DNA from: Pseudomonadota bacterium | GTDB lineage: Bacteria; Pseudomonadota; Alphaproteobacteria; Rhizobiales; Xanthobacteraceae | Direction: 5' to 3' | Length of the DNA: 64,000 nt | Assembly: GCA_040390145.1 (NCBI GenBank) | Contig: JAZJYY010000061.1 | Coordinates: 2,732-66,731 of the forward strand | In this document: positions 28,445-37,889 of the stretch, in pieces | Layout of the letters: every line of letters begins with the position of its first letter | Position numbering within the stretch: position 1 is the first letter of the stretch | Translations under genes and position numbers: made by a program | Notes under the pieces: model-generated | What the model saw: only the letters and a program-made list of their open reading frames with translations | Databases searched by the model: none | What the model was told of the DNA's origin: nothing

Positions 28445-29824
28445 ATGTCGATGCAAAGCGCGGTCTCTCCCGCCGCGGTAACTTGGACCGCGCCGAAGCG
28501 CAATTCGCTGACCCACATTCCCGGTGACGAGGGCTGGCCCTTCATCGGCAAGACGCTCCACGTGCTCGCCGACCCCAAGGGGCAGATCGAGCGGGCGGCG
28601 GCGCAATACGGGCTGGTGTACCGCAGCCATCTGTTCGGCGAGACCAGCCTGACGCTGCTCGGACCCGAGGCCAACGAACTGGTGCTGTTCGATCAGGCCA
28701 AGATTTTTTCCTCGCAGCATGGCTGGGGCCGGATTCTCGGACTCTTGTTTCCGCGCGGCCTGATGCTGCTCGACTTCGAGGAGCATCGCCTGCACCGCCG
28801 CGCGCTCTCGGTCGCCTTCAAGTCCGGGCCGATGAAATCCTATCTCGGCGAACTCGATACCGGGATCGCGGCGCGGGTTGCGCAATGGAAGGCGAAGCCT
28901 GGCCCGATGCTGCTGTATCCCGCCATGAAGCAACTTACGCTCGACCTTGCCGCGACCTCGTTCCTCGGTGCCGAGATCGGACCCGAAGTCGACGACATCA
29001 CCCGCGCCTTCGTCGACATGGTGGCGGCCTCGGTCGCCGTGATCCGCAAGCCGCTGCCCGGCACCGCGATGGCGCGCGGCGTCAACGGCCGCAAGCGCAT
29101 CGTCGCCTATTTCTCCGAACAGATTCCGATCCGCCGCGCCAGGGGCGGCGGCGAGGACCTGTTCTCGCAGCTGTGCCACGCCACCCACGAGGACGGCGCG
29201 CTGCTGTCGACGCAGGATATCGTCGACCACATGAGTTTCCTGATGATGGCGGCGCATGACACGCTGACATCGTCGCTGACATCGTTTATCGGCGAGCTTG
29301 CCGCCCGGCCGGACTGGCAGCGAAAGCTGCGCGACGAAATTGCCGGCCTCGGCATCGCCGCCGATGCGCCGACCACCTTCGACAATCTGGAAGCGATGAC
29401 GCTGACCGAAATGGCGTTCAAGGAAGCCCTGCGGCTGAAGCCGCCGGTGCCCTCGATGCCGCGCCGCGTGGTCCGCGACTTCACCTTCAAGGGCTACGCG
29501 ATCCCGGCCGGCGCCATGGTCGGCGTCAATCCGCTGTTCACCCACCACATGCCCGACATCTGGCCCGACCCGGAAAAATTCGATCCGATGCGCTTCACCG
29601 ACGAGGCCCAGCGCGGCCGCCATCGCTTCGCCTGGGTGCCGTTCGGCGGCGGCGCGCATATGTGCCTCGGGTTGCACTTCGCCTACATGCAGGCGAAATG
29701 CTTCGCGCGGCACTTCCTGCAGAATCTCGAGGTCTCGTTCGAGCCGGGCTACAAGCCGGACTGGCAGATCTGGCCGATCCCGAAGCCACGCGATGGATTG
29801 CGGGTGACGCTGAAGGCGTTGTGA
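28445..29824 (+). CDS. Cytochrome P450
   Basis: AAHDT I-helix, EALR, FGGGAHMCLG heme motif. Confidence 0.95.
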   Translation: MSMQSAVSPAAVTWTAPKRNSLTHIPGDEGWPFIGKTLHVLADPKGQIERAAAQYGLVYRSHLFGETSLTLLGPEANELVLFDQAKIFSSQHGWGRILGLLFPRGLMLLDFEEHRLHRRALSVAFKSGPMKSYLGELDTGIAARVAQWKAKPGPMLLYPAMKQLTLDLAATSFLGAEIGPEVDDITRAFVDMVAASVAVIRKPLPGTAMARGVNGRKRIVAYFSEQIPIRRARGGGEDLFSQLCHATHEDGALLSTQDIVDHMSFLMMAAHDTLTSSLTSFIGELAARPDWQRKLRDEIAGLGIAADAPTTFDNLEAMTLTEMAFKEALRLKPPVPSMPRRVVRDFTFKGYAIPAGAMVGVNPLFTHHMPDIWPDPEKFDPMRFTDEAQRGRHRFAWVPFGGGAHMCLGLHFAYMQAKCFARHFLQNLEVSFEPGYKPDWQIWPIPKPRDGLRVTLKAL

Positions 29825-29833
29825 GGCCGAGTG

Positions 29834-29937
29834 CGTAGGGTGGGCAAAGGCGCCACTTGGCGCCGTGCCCACCATCTATCATCGCGCAAGCTGGGAAATG
29901 GTGGGCACGGCGCAAGGGCGCCTTTGCCCACCCTACG
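29834..29937. repeat. GTAG-type REP doublet (REPIN-like)
   Basis: cgtagggtgggcaaaggcgcc...ggcgcctttgcccaccctacg. Confidence 0.8.
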
Positions 29938-29944
29938 ATTCACC

Positions 29945-30448
29945 CTACTCGATAAACGTCGTCAGCTGCGCGCCCTCGTCCGCCACGAACACCGCGATCA
30001 GCTCCGCCGGCTCGGTGGTGCTGGCGTTGGCCGAAACCAGATGGGTGGCGCCCGGCGGCTCGAAGAATGACTGGCCGACCTTGAAGGTCTCGACCGGCCC
30101 ACCACCGAGCTGCGAGCGGATTTCGCCTTTGGTGACGTAGGCGGTGACCGAGCCCGCATGGCGATGCGCGCGGGTAAATCCGCCGGGACCGTAGAACACC
30201 CGCACGATCGTGACTCGCTTGCCCGGCACGTTCGGCAGCGCGTACGAGCCGATCGGCTCGACGGTATCGAGCGAGGAGCCGGCGGGCGCGCTGCCGGCAC
30301 AGAGCGGCGCGATCACCGCCGAAATGGCGTCCATCGTCGACGGCAAGGCCTTGCCGATCACAAGCGCGCAGGCGAGGCCGGCGATGATGGCCAGATGCAG
30401 CGGGCGGGCTTCGGGTCGCGCGAGCTCGGTGGCGAATGTTGCGGACAT
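29945..30448 (-). CDS. Cupin domain protein
   Basis: HRHAG...FFEPPGATH.VSANAS. Confidence 0.85.
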   Translation of the reverse strand: MSATFATELARPEARPLHLAIIAGLACALVIGKALPSTMDAISAVIAPLCAGSAPAGSSLDTVEPIGSYALPNVPGKRVTIVRVFYGPGGFTRAHRHAGSVTAYVTKGEIRSQLGGGPVETFKVGQSFFEPPGATHLVSANASTTEPAELIAVFVADEGAQLTTFIE

Positions 30449-30474
30449 TGGTGACTCTCCCGGTTGGCTCTCCT

Positions 30475-30555
30475 GTCATTCCGGGATGGTGCGCGAGCAC
30501 CAGACCCGGAATGTCGAGATTCCGGGTTCGCCTCTTCGAGGCGCCCCGGAATGAC
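30475..30555. repeat. Family B cruciform repeat
   Basis: gtcattccggg...cccggaatgac; same layout as 28238. Confidence 0.8.
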
Positions 30556-30560
30556 GGCGA

Positions 30561-31406
30561 CTACGATCCCGTCGCCTTCTCAAATTTTTCGCGCAGCCCG
30601 ACATAGCCCTGCTGCTGCACCGTCCAGTTCTTGCCGCCGGTGATCGCGCCGTCGATCACGAGATCATGGCCGTTGATAAAGCTGGACTCGTCGCTGGCGA
30701 GGAACACCGCGGCGTGGGCGATATCCTCGGGCAATCCGGCGCGCGGAATCGGCTGTGCCGACTTGTAGACCCCGTGCATCAGCTCGGGCGTCTTCTCCGC
30801 CGCCTCCACCGACAGGCCGAGCGCCTTGCCGAAGATGCCGGTGGCGATCACCCCCGGCGAAATCGAATTGACGCGAATGCCGGCCTCGCCGAGCTCCATC
30901 GCCACGCATTTGGTGAGGTGGATGACGGCGGCCTTGGCCGCGCCATAGACCAGCGACGTGGAATAGCCGGCGAGCCGTCCGGCGATGCTGCCATTGTTGA
31001 TGATGCTTCCGGAGCCCTGCTTTCGCATATGGGGCGCAGCGTATTTCATGCCGAGCATCACGCTGCGCACCAATGTCACCATCGCGGCGTCGAAGCGGGC
31101 GGCGTCGAGACCCTCGATGCCGCCGGTCTGCGCCGGACCGCCGGCATTGTTGAACAGGCAATCGATGCGGCCGAATTTCTCGACCGACAGCTCGATCAGC
31201 GCGCGGATCTGCTCGTCGACCATGACGTCGGTCTGGCGAAAGATGCAGTTGGCGCCGAGTTGTTTCGCCAGCGCCTCGCCCTCCGGCACGCGGCGCCCGG
31301 CGATGACGATTTTGGCGCCTTCGGCGACGAAAATCTCGGCGGTGCGCAGCCCGATGCCGCTTGTCGCCCCTGTTATCACCGCGACCTTGCCATCCAGCCG
31401 TCCCAT
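30561..31406 (-). CDS. SDR family oxidoreductase
   Basis: TGATSGIG, NNAG, YGAAK. Confidence 0.92.
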   Translation of the reverse strand: MGRLDGKVAVITGATSGIGLRTAEIFVAEGAKIVIAGRRVPEGEALAKQLGANCIFRQTDVMVDEQIRALIELSVEKFGRIDCLFNNAGGPAQTGGIEGLDAARFDAAMVTLVRSVMLGMKYAAPHMRKQGSGSIINNGSIAGRLAGYSTSLVYGAAKAAVIHLTKCVAMELGEAGIRVNSISPGVIATGIFGKALGLSVEAAEKTPELMHGVYKSAQPIPRAGLPEDIAHAAVFLASDESSFINGHDLVIDGAITGGKNWTVQQQGYVGLREKFEKATGS

Positions 31407-31569
31407 GTCGTTCTCCCGATGATGATTTGTTCTTGATTGCGGATTTATCCCCATCCTGCCGGAACTAGGCAAGCCTCCTCCAGCTCGATGCCCGGCTGAC
31501 GCCGATTACAACCTCAAATCGCGGATTTTCCTCTATGGTCGGCCTTATTTTGGATTCGCTGATCGGCTG

Positions 31570-32541
31570 ATGTCAGTCATGGGGAAATTGATCGACGAGT
31601 TTCGGCTGGCCTGGCGGGGAATCTCCTCGCCATCCCCGCTTCTCGGCATCGGATTTGCGGTCTTCTGCCTCGCGCTGTCGACCGCGGCGCGGTGGGGCCT
31701 TGCCCAGATCCGGCCGGATGTATTCTTCACCCCGTATTTTCCGGCGGTGGTGTTTGCCACCGCGTTCGGCGGTTTCCGGCTCGGGATCGCGACGGCGCTC
31801 GCCGGCGGCGCGCTTGGAATGTTCGTTAGTTTCGGCGGGGCTGCCGCGGATTTTGCCAGGCTGGCGCTGATGGCGGCCTATCTGATCGCCTGCGGCCTCA
31901 CGATATGGGGCGTCGAACACTACCGATCGATCGCCTCGCAGCAGCGGGAGATTTCGAGGCGGCTGATCCGGGAAGAGGAATATCGCAAACTCCTCGTCGG
32001 CGAACTGCAGCACCGCCTGAAGAACAAATTATCGACAATTCACGCGGTTCTGCATCAGGTGCTGCACGATCGGCCGGAGATCTGGGCCGGCGTCGATCAG
32101 CGGTTGCGCGCGCTGTCCAGGACCGATGACCTGATCGCAAAGCTCGATGGTTTGGGTTGCGATATCAAGGATCTCCTGATCTCCGAACTCGGGCCTTATG
32201 GCCATGTGCGGTTCACGCTGAACGGAGATCCGCTGTTCCTTCCCGACAGGCTCGCGGTGAGCCTGGCCCTGATATTCCACGAGCTCGCCACCAATGCCGG
32301 CAAGTACGGCGCGTTTTCCTCCCCGCGCGGGCTCTTGCAGGTGTCGTGGCGCGTGACCGACGGCCGTCTCAATATCACCTGGGACGAAACCGAAGGTCCT
32401 CCGATCGAGGACGTCGGGGCCGCCGGCTTCGGCACCAAGCTGTTGAAATCGGCGCTCACCTCGTTCGACGGCAAGACCGAAATAGCGTTCCTGAAGACCG
32501 GAGTTCACTGCACGATGCAGTGCCGGATACAAGCGAGCTGA
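31570..32541 (+). CDS. Membrane-bound HWE-family histidine kinase
   Basis: N-terminal TMs; ELQHRLKN; HELATNAGKYGA; WDE; GFGTKL. Confidence 0.88.
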   Translation: MSVMGKLIDEFRLAWRGISSPSPLLGIGFAVFCLALSTAARWGLAQIRPDVFFTPYFPAVVFATAFGGFRLGIATALAGGALGMFVSFGGAAADFARLALMAAYLIACGLTIWGVEHYRSIASQQREISRRLIREEEYRKLLVGELQHRLKNKLSTIHAVLHQVLHDRPEIWAGVDQRLRALSRTDDLIAKLDGLGCDIKDLLISELGPYGHVRFTLNGDPLFLPDRLAVSLALIFHELATNAGKYGAFSSPRGLLQVSWRVTDGRLNITWDETEGPPIEDVGAAGFGTKLLKSALTSFDGKTEIAFLKTGVHCTMQCRIQAS

Positions 32542-32719
32542 AGAATCTTCGTTTCGCGCGCGCCGATCTTTCGAACGCCCGGCATTGCGAAATCGCATTA
32601 GAGCTCTGTTAATGACGATTGGGGCAGAGCTTGTTCAAATCGTAAACTCGCACAACTGAACCCGACTTTTTGAGTTCCACTTAACCAAAACTACAAGAGC
32701 TTCCGCCAAAGTCGGCGGC

Positions 32720-34504
32720 ATGCAAAGCCGAACCCAACACGAGCAGCGGACCGCCGCAAACGAAGGCGACAGCGAGTACGCTCTTGCTAACGAATTGAGA
32801 ATTCTGAGGGATGTCTTCAGAATGCTCCCGACCGGCGTGACGGTGCAGGACGAGCAGGGCCGCTTCCTGCTGGTGAACGACGCCGCCGCGGCCCAGCTCG
32901 GGATGGCTGGAAGCGAAATGGAGGCGCCGGCCTCGAAGGAACTGGACCACCGCCGCAAAACCGGCATGGAGCTGCTGCGCACCGGCAGCCATGCCGTTGC
33001 CGAGGAATGCGTCAACCGCGACCAGGCCCGGCAGGTCTTTCTCACCACCCACCGGCCGGTCCGTATCGCGGACCGCAACCTGTTGCTGTCGAGCTCCGCC
33101 GACATCAGCGAACAAAAGGCCCTCGAGGATCACCTGTTCCGGTCGGCCTATTACGACGAACTGACTGGCCTGCCGAACCGGGGCGTGATCGAGCACCGCG
33201 TTAACAGCCTGCTGCACCGCGACCAGCCGCAAGGACGGTTCGCGCTGGCATTTCTCGACATCGACAATTTCAAGCACATCAACGACTATTACGGTCATCC
33301 GATCGGGGATGCGCTGCTGATCGAAGTCGCCAAGCGGCTTGGGATGGATTTGCGCGAATCCGACATGCTGTCGCGGATCAGCGGCGATGAATTCCTGCTG
33401 CTGCTCAATCCGATCCAGAGCGAGCAGGAGGTGGCGGAATACATCCGGTTTACGCTGGAACGACTGCGGGCCCCCTACTTCATCGACGGATCGGAAATCT
33501 TCGCCTCGACCTCGATCGGGATCAGCCTTTATCCCGAGCACGGCCGCAGCTACGACCTGCTGCGTCAGAACGCCGATATCGCGATGTATCGCGTCAAGAA
33601 CGACGGCAAGGGCTCCGCGGCCTTCTTCGACTCCAGCATGGAGCGCGAGGCGCTGGCGCGAATGAAGGTCGAGCAGTCGCTGCGGCTCGCCATCCTGGAG
33701 AAACGCTTTTGCTGCGCCTTCCAGACCAAGGTCGATATCCGGACCAAGGACATCAAGGGCATCGAGGCCCTGGTGCGGCTGCGCGACGATGACGGCGTCA
33801 TCCAGGCCCCCGGCACGTTCATCAATCTCGCCACCGAGCTCGGCCTGATCGACGAGCTCACGCATCTGGTGCTGGCCGAAATCGTCAAGTCGATCGATCT
33901 GATCAACGAGACTTTCGGTCCCGATGCCTCCATCAGCATCAACGTCGCGGCCAAGCAGGCCTGCAACCCGGAATTCATGCGGACGTTTGCGGACGCCCTG
34001 CAGGCCACCGGCTATCCGGAGCGGTTCATGATCGAGGTGACGGAGGACGCCTTCGTGACCAAAACCCATTTCCAGGACGAAATCCTGCCGAACTTCCGGA
34101 AACTGGGGGTGCGGATATCGATCGACGATTTCGGCACCGGCTATTCGTCCTTGTCGGCGCTGGCCGACATCACCGCCGACGAACTCAAGATCGACCGCTC
34201 CTTCATCACCGACATTCACAAGCGTCCGCGCAGCCAGGGCATCCTGCGCGCGATCGAATCGCTGAGCGAGGCGCTCGGCATGACCATGATCGCCGAGGGC
34301 ATCGAAACCTTCGAGGAACTCGCCTACCTGCAGGCTGCCACCAAGATCCGCTACGCACAGGGATACTACTTCTCGCGGCCGATCTTTCTGGAAGAACTGC
34401 GGCCGGCGATACCGGTCGCCAGCGAAGCCCGCGCCAGCCTGACCAGCCGCCCGCCGCAGGAAAGCCGCCCGGCCTACGCCCGCAGCGAACGCTATCGCCG
34501 CTGA
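32720..34504 (+). CDS. PAS-GGDEF(SGDEF)-EAL protein
   Basis: DELTGLPNR, SRISGDEF, EALVR, DDFGTGYSSL. Confidence 0.92.
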   Translation: MQSRTQHEQRTAANEGDSEYALANELRILRDVFRMLPTGVTVQDEQGRFLLVNDAAAAQLGMAGSEMEAPASKELDHRRKTGMELLRTGSHAVAEECVNRDQARQVFLTTHRPVRIADRNLLLSSSADISEQKALEDHLFRSAYYDELTGLPNRGVIEHRVNSLLHRDQPQGRFALAFLDIDNFKHINDYYGHPIGDALLIEVAKRLGMDLRESDMLSRISGDEFLLLLNPIQSEQEVAEYIRFTLERLRAPYFIDGSEIFASTSIGISLYPEHGRSYDLLRQNADIAMYRVKNDGKGSAAFFDSSMEREALARMKVEQSLRLAILEKRFCCAFQTKVDIRTKDIKGIEALVRLRDDDGVIQAPGTFINLATELGLIDELTHLVLAEIVKSIDLINETFGPDASISINVAAKQACNPEFMRTFADALQATGYPERFMIEVTEDAFVTKTHFQDEILPNFRKLGVRISIDDFGTGYSSLSALADITADELKIDRSFITDIHKRPRSQGILRAIESLSEALGMTMIAEGIETFEELAYLQAATKIRYAQGYYFSRPIFLEELRPAIPVASEARASLTSRPPQESRPAYARSERYRR

Positions 34505-34690
34505 GTCAGCCAGCCTCTGCCCTTTTCCAACCCACGCAATGGGTCGTCACGAAGTGCCGCCCAACCGTCATGGGAACAATCGCGGCCGGCATTTCCACGG
34601 GCCGACCGCGCCCCGTTAAACCTTAAGTAACCGGGTTTCCTAACCGGTATGCCATCTCTGGGTTGTATGCATGCTTCCCGGGAGATGGGA

Positions 34691-37600
34691 ATGCGAAGAT
34701 TGCTGGTCAATTTCCGGGGCGCGCTGGGATCGTTTCGAAAGGCCTCCACCGGGTCAGAGCGCATGGCCGCGCCAATTCGCCGGGGGCCGATTCTCTCGCT
34801 GATTCTGTGCGGCGGTATTTTGGTTGCGGCGATCATGCTCGGCACCATGATGATGGTCGGCGAATTCCGCGAGCGTGCGCTCAGCAACAACGAGCGCGAA
34901 CTCGAAAACACCGTGCTGCTGCTCGCACGCCACTTCGACCAGCAGTTCGAGGACACCGAGATCATTGCCCACGACGTGATCTCGAGAATGCAGTTTACGG
35001 AAATCGACTCGCCGGAGACGTTCCGGATCTGGATGTCGAGCTACGACGCCCACCAGATCCTGAAATCCAAGGTCAGCGTGCTGTCCTACATCGGTGACGT
35101 CGGCATCTTCGATGCGGACGGCAAGCTGATCAACTCGTCGGGGACCTGGCCGCTGCCGTCCGTGGACATCGCGGAGCGAACCTTTTTCAAGAGTTTGAAG
35201 TCGGACGCCAATCTGAAAACGGCGGTCGTCGCACCGGCTCGCCACCACACCACCGGCAACTCGACCACCGTCATCGCCCATCGGATAAGTGGCCCGAACG
35301 GGATTTTTCTCGGACTGCTGGCAAGACGAATCGACCCCGTCCATTACGAAAGATATTTCGCCTCCGTCACGCTGGGAAGCGGATCCGCGATCTCCATGTT
35401 TCACCATGATGGAACGATGCTGGCGAGATACCCTCATGTCGATTCGCTGGTCGGACAAAAATTCGAGACGGCGCCGCTGCTGAACAAGGTGCTGACCGAC
35501 GGTGGCCGCCAGACCCTGCGGGTTCAAAGTCCGGTCGACAGCATGCACCGGCTGGGCTCGGCGGCCCCGCTGAGCCGCTTCCCGATCGTCGTGGTCGCGA
35601 CCACGACCGTGCAGGCGGCGCTGGACGACTGGTACGCGCAAACCAGGTTCATGGTTGCCGCCGCCTTGCTGTCCGCACTGGTGATCGCCTTCGTCCTGTT
35701 CCTGATCATCCGGCAGGTGACCCGCCAGAATCAGGAATCGCAGCAGCGGCTGAGCCTGCAGAAGCAGCAGCTCGACACCGCCCTGAACAACATGACGCAG
35801 GGCCTCGTGCTGTACGACGCATCGGCGCGCATCATCCTGTGCAACCGCCGCTATATCGACATGTACGGGCTGTCGACCGAAATCGTCAAACCGGGTTGCC
35901 ATTTTCGCGACCTGATCCAGCACCGCCAGGACACCGGGTCCTACGACGGCGACGTCGACGAATTCTGCTCGACCATCATGCGCAACGTAGCGCAGGGCAG
36001 GGTCACCCACATGACCATGCACAGCGCGGGGCGCTCCTATCTGATCGTCAACAAGCCGCTGGCGCAGGGCGGGTGGGTTGCCACGATCGAAGACATCACG
36101 GAGCGCCGAAACCTCGAACAGGAACGCGACCGCAATTATGCGTTCCTTCGTCAGATCATCGATCACATCCCGACGCAGATCACCGTGAAGGACCTGCGCG
36201 ACGGCCGTTACGTCCTGGCCAATCGCGTGGCCGAAACGCAGTTCGGGCTGCCATGCGAGGAAATCGTCGGCAAGACGGCGTTCGATCTTTTTCCGGCGAA
36301 AGTCGCCGAGAAGCTTTCTGCGGACGACGAAAAGGCCCTGAACAGTCCCGATGGCCTGTTCCTCGACGTCTTCCCGTCGCAGATCCAGGGCCAGCGCTTC
36401 ATCACGTCAAAACGCATCGGAATTCCCGACCAGACCGGCGTCAACCGCTATCTGATCAACGTCGTCGACGACGTCACCGAGCGCCGGCGCGCCGACCAGA
36501 GGATCGCGCACCTCGCGCATTACGACGCGCTGACCGACCTGCCGAACCGGGTGCTGTTCCGCGAACAGATCGAGCGCGAGTTGCAGCGAACTGCCCAAGG
36601 CGAGCAGTTCGCCCTGCTCTACATCGATATCGACGAATTCAAGGGCATCAACGATTCGCTTGGGCACCATGTCGGCGATGAACTGCTGAAGGCGGTGGCT
36701 GGCCGCATCCGGAGCTGCCTCGGCGAGGCTGACCTGATCGCGCGGCTCGGCGGTGACGAGTTTGCGGTGATCCAGAGCGGCGTCAGGAACGTCGCCGATG
36801 TCGTTGAATTCGTCACCCGGGTTCACGAGTCGATCCGGCAGCCCTATCAGTGCCTCGGTCACCAGCTCTCGACCGACGCCAGTATCGGCATTGCACTGGC
36901 GCCGCAGGACGGCACCGAGCTGGATCAGCTGATCAAGAACGCCGATCTGGCGATGTATGGCGCCAAGGCCGGAGGACGGCGAACCCATCGCTTTTTTGAA
37001 CCCGCGATGGACGCCAGCGCGAAGGCGCGGCTTGCCATGGAGCAGGACCTGCGCCAGGCGCTGGTGGATGGCGGTTTCGAAATCCACTACCAGCCGCTGG
37101 TCAACCTTCACAGCGACGAGGTGACCGGTTGCGAGGCCCTGCTGCGCTGGCGCCATCCCGAACGCGGCATGATCTCGCCCGCCGAATTCGTCCCCGTGGC
37201 GGAAGACACCGGCCTGATCGTTGAACTCGGCGAGTGGGTGCTGAAGACCGCCTGCGCCGAGGCCGCCAGCTGGCCGGATCATATCCGCATCGCCGTCAAC
37301 GTTTCGCCCGTTCAGCTGAAATGCCCGACGCTGGCGCTGAATATCGTGAATGCGCTTGAGCACTCCGGCCTGCGGGCAAGCCGGCTGGAACTCGAGATCA
37401 CCGAAGCCGTGCTGATCCGCGACGACGAGACCGCGCTGACCATCCTGCATCAGTTGCGCGCCATCGGCGTGCGCATCGCGCTGGACGATTTCGGCACCGG
37501 CTATTCCTCGCTGAGCTACCTGAAACGATTCCCGTTCGACAAGATCAAGATCGACCGCTGCTTCATCGGCGACATCACGGAAATCGACGGCTCGTCGGCG

Positions 37601-37795
37601 ATCGTGCAGGCGGTGGTGAACATCGCAGCCTCCCGCAACATGACGACGACAGCCGAAGGCGTCGAGACGCTGGAACAGAAGCAAATGCTCCGCGCGCTGG
37701 GCTGCACCGAGATGCAGGGCTATCTGTTCAGCGCCGCCAAGCCGGGCCCGGAAGTCAGGCGCTTGTTCGGCACGCGCGATGCGATGACCGCCTAG
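34691..37795 (+). CDS. Cache-PAS-PAS-GGDEF-EAL protein
   Basis: Two TMs around a periplasmic domain; RLGGDEF; EALLRW; DDFGTGYSSL; start uncertain (34649-34763). Confidence 0.92.
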   Translation: MRRLLVNFRGALGSFRKASTGSERMAAPIRRGPILSLILCGGILVAAIMLGTMMMVGEFRERALSNNERELENTVLLLARHFDQQFEDTEIIAHDVISRMQFTEIDSPETFRIWMSSYDAHQILKSKVSVLSYIGDVGIFDADGKLINSSGTWPLPSVDIAERTFFKSLKSDANLKTAVVAPARHHTTGNSTTVIAHRISGPNGIFLGLLARRIDPVHYERYFASVTLGSGSAISMFHHDGTMLARYPHVDSLVGQKFETAPLLNKVLTDGGRQTLRVQSPVDSMHRLGSAAPLSRFPIVVVATTTVQAALDDWYAQTRFMVAAALLSALVIAFVLFLIIRQVTRQNQESQQRLSLQKQQLDTALNNMTQGLVLYDASARIILCNRRYIDMYGLSTEIVKPGCHFRDLIQHRQDTGSYDGDVDEFCSTIMRNVAQGRVTHMTMHSAGRSYLIVNKPLAQGGWVATIEDITERRNLEQERDRNYAFLRQIIDHIPTQITVKDLRDGRYVLANRVAETQFGLPCEEIVGKTAFDLFPAKVAEKLSADDEKALNSPDGLFLDVFPSQIQGQRFITSKRIGIPDQTGVNRYLINVVDDVTERRRADQRIAHLAHYDALTDLPNRVLFREQIERELQRTAQGEQFALLYIDIDEFKGINDSLGHHVGDELLKAVAGRIRSCLGEADLIARLGGDEFAVIQSGVRNVADVVEFVTRVHESIRQPYQCLGHQLSTDASIGIALAPQDGTELDQLIKNADLAMYGAKAGGRRTHRFFEPAMDASAKARLAMEQDLRQALVDGGFEIHYQPLVNLHSDEVTGCEALLRWRHPERGMISPAEFVPVAEDTGLIVELGEWVLKTACAEAASWPDHIRIAVNVSPVQLKCPTLALNIVNALEHSGLRASRLELEITEAVLIRDDETALTILHQLRAIGVRIALDDFGTGYSSLSYLKRFPFDKIKIDRCFIGDITEIDGSSAIVQAVVNIAASRNMTTTAEGVETLEQKQMLRALGCTEMQGYLFSAAKPGPEVRRLFGTRDAMTA

Positions 37796-37828
37796 GAATT
37801 GGAGGCGAAGTTTATCGGTTCCGGCCCC

Positions 37829-37853
37829 GGAACCCGACGGGCCCAACGGCGTT
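37829..37853 (+). promoter_or_regulatory. sigma-EcfG promoter of opgGH
   Basis: Exact GGAAC-N16-CGTT, 36 bp before the start. Confidence 0.7.
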
Positions 37854-37889
37854 TCATTCCGTTGCACGCGTCGTGTCCGTGGAGGCTCA

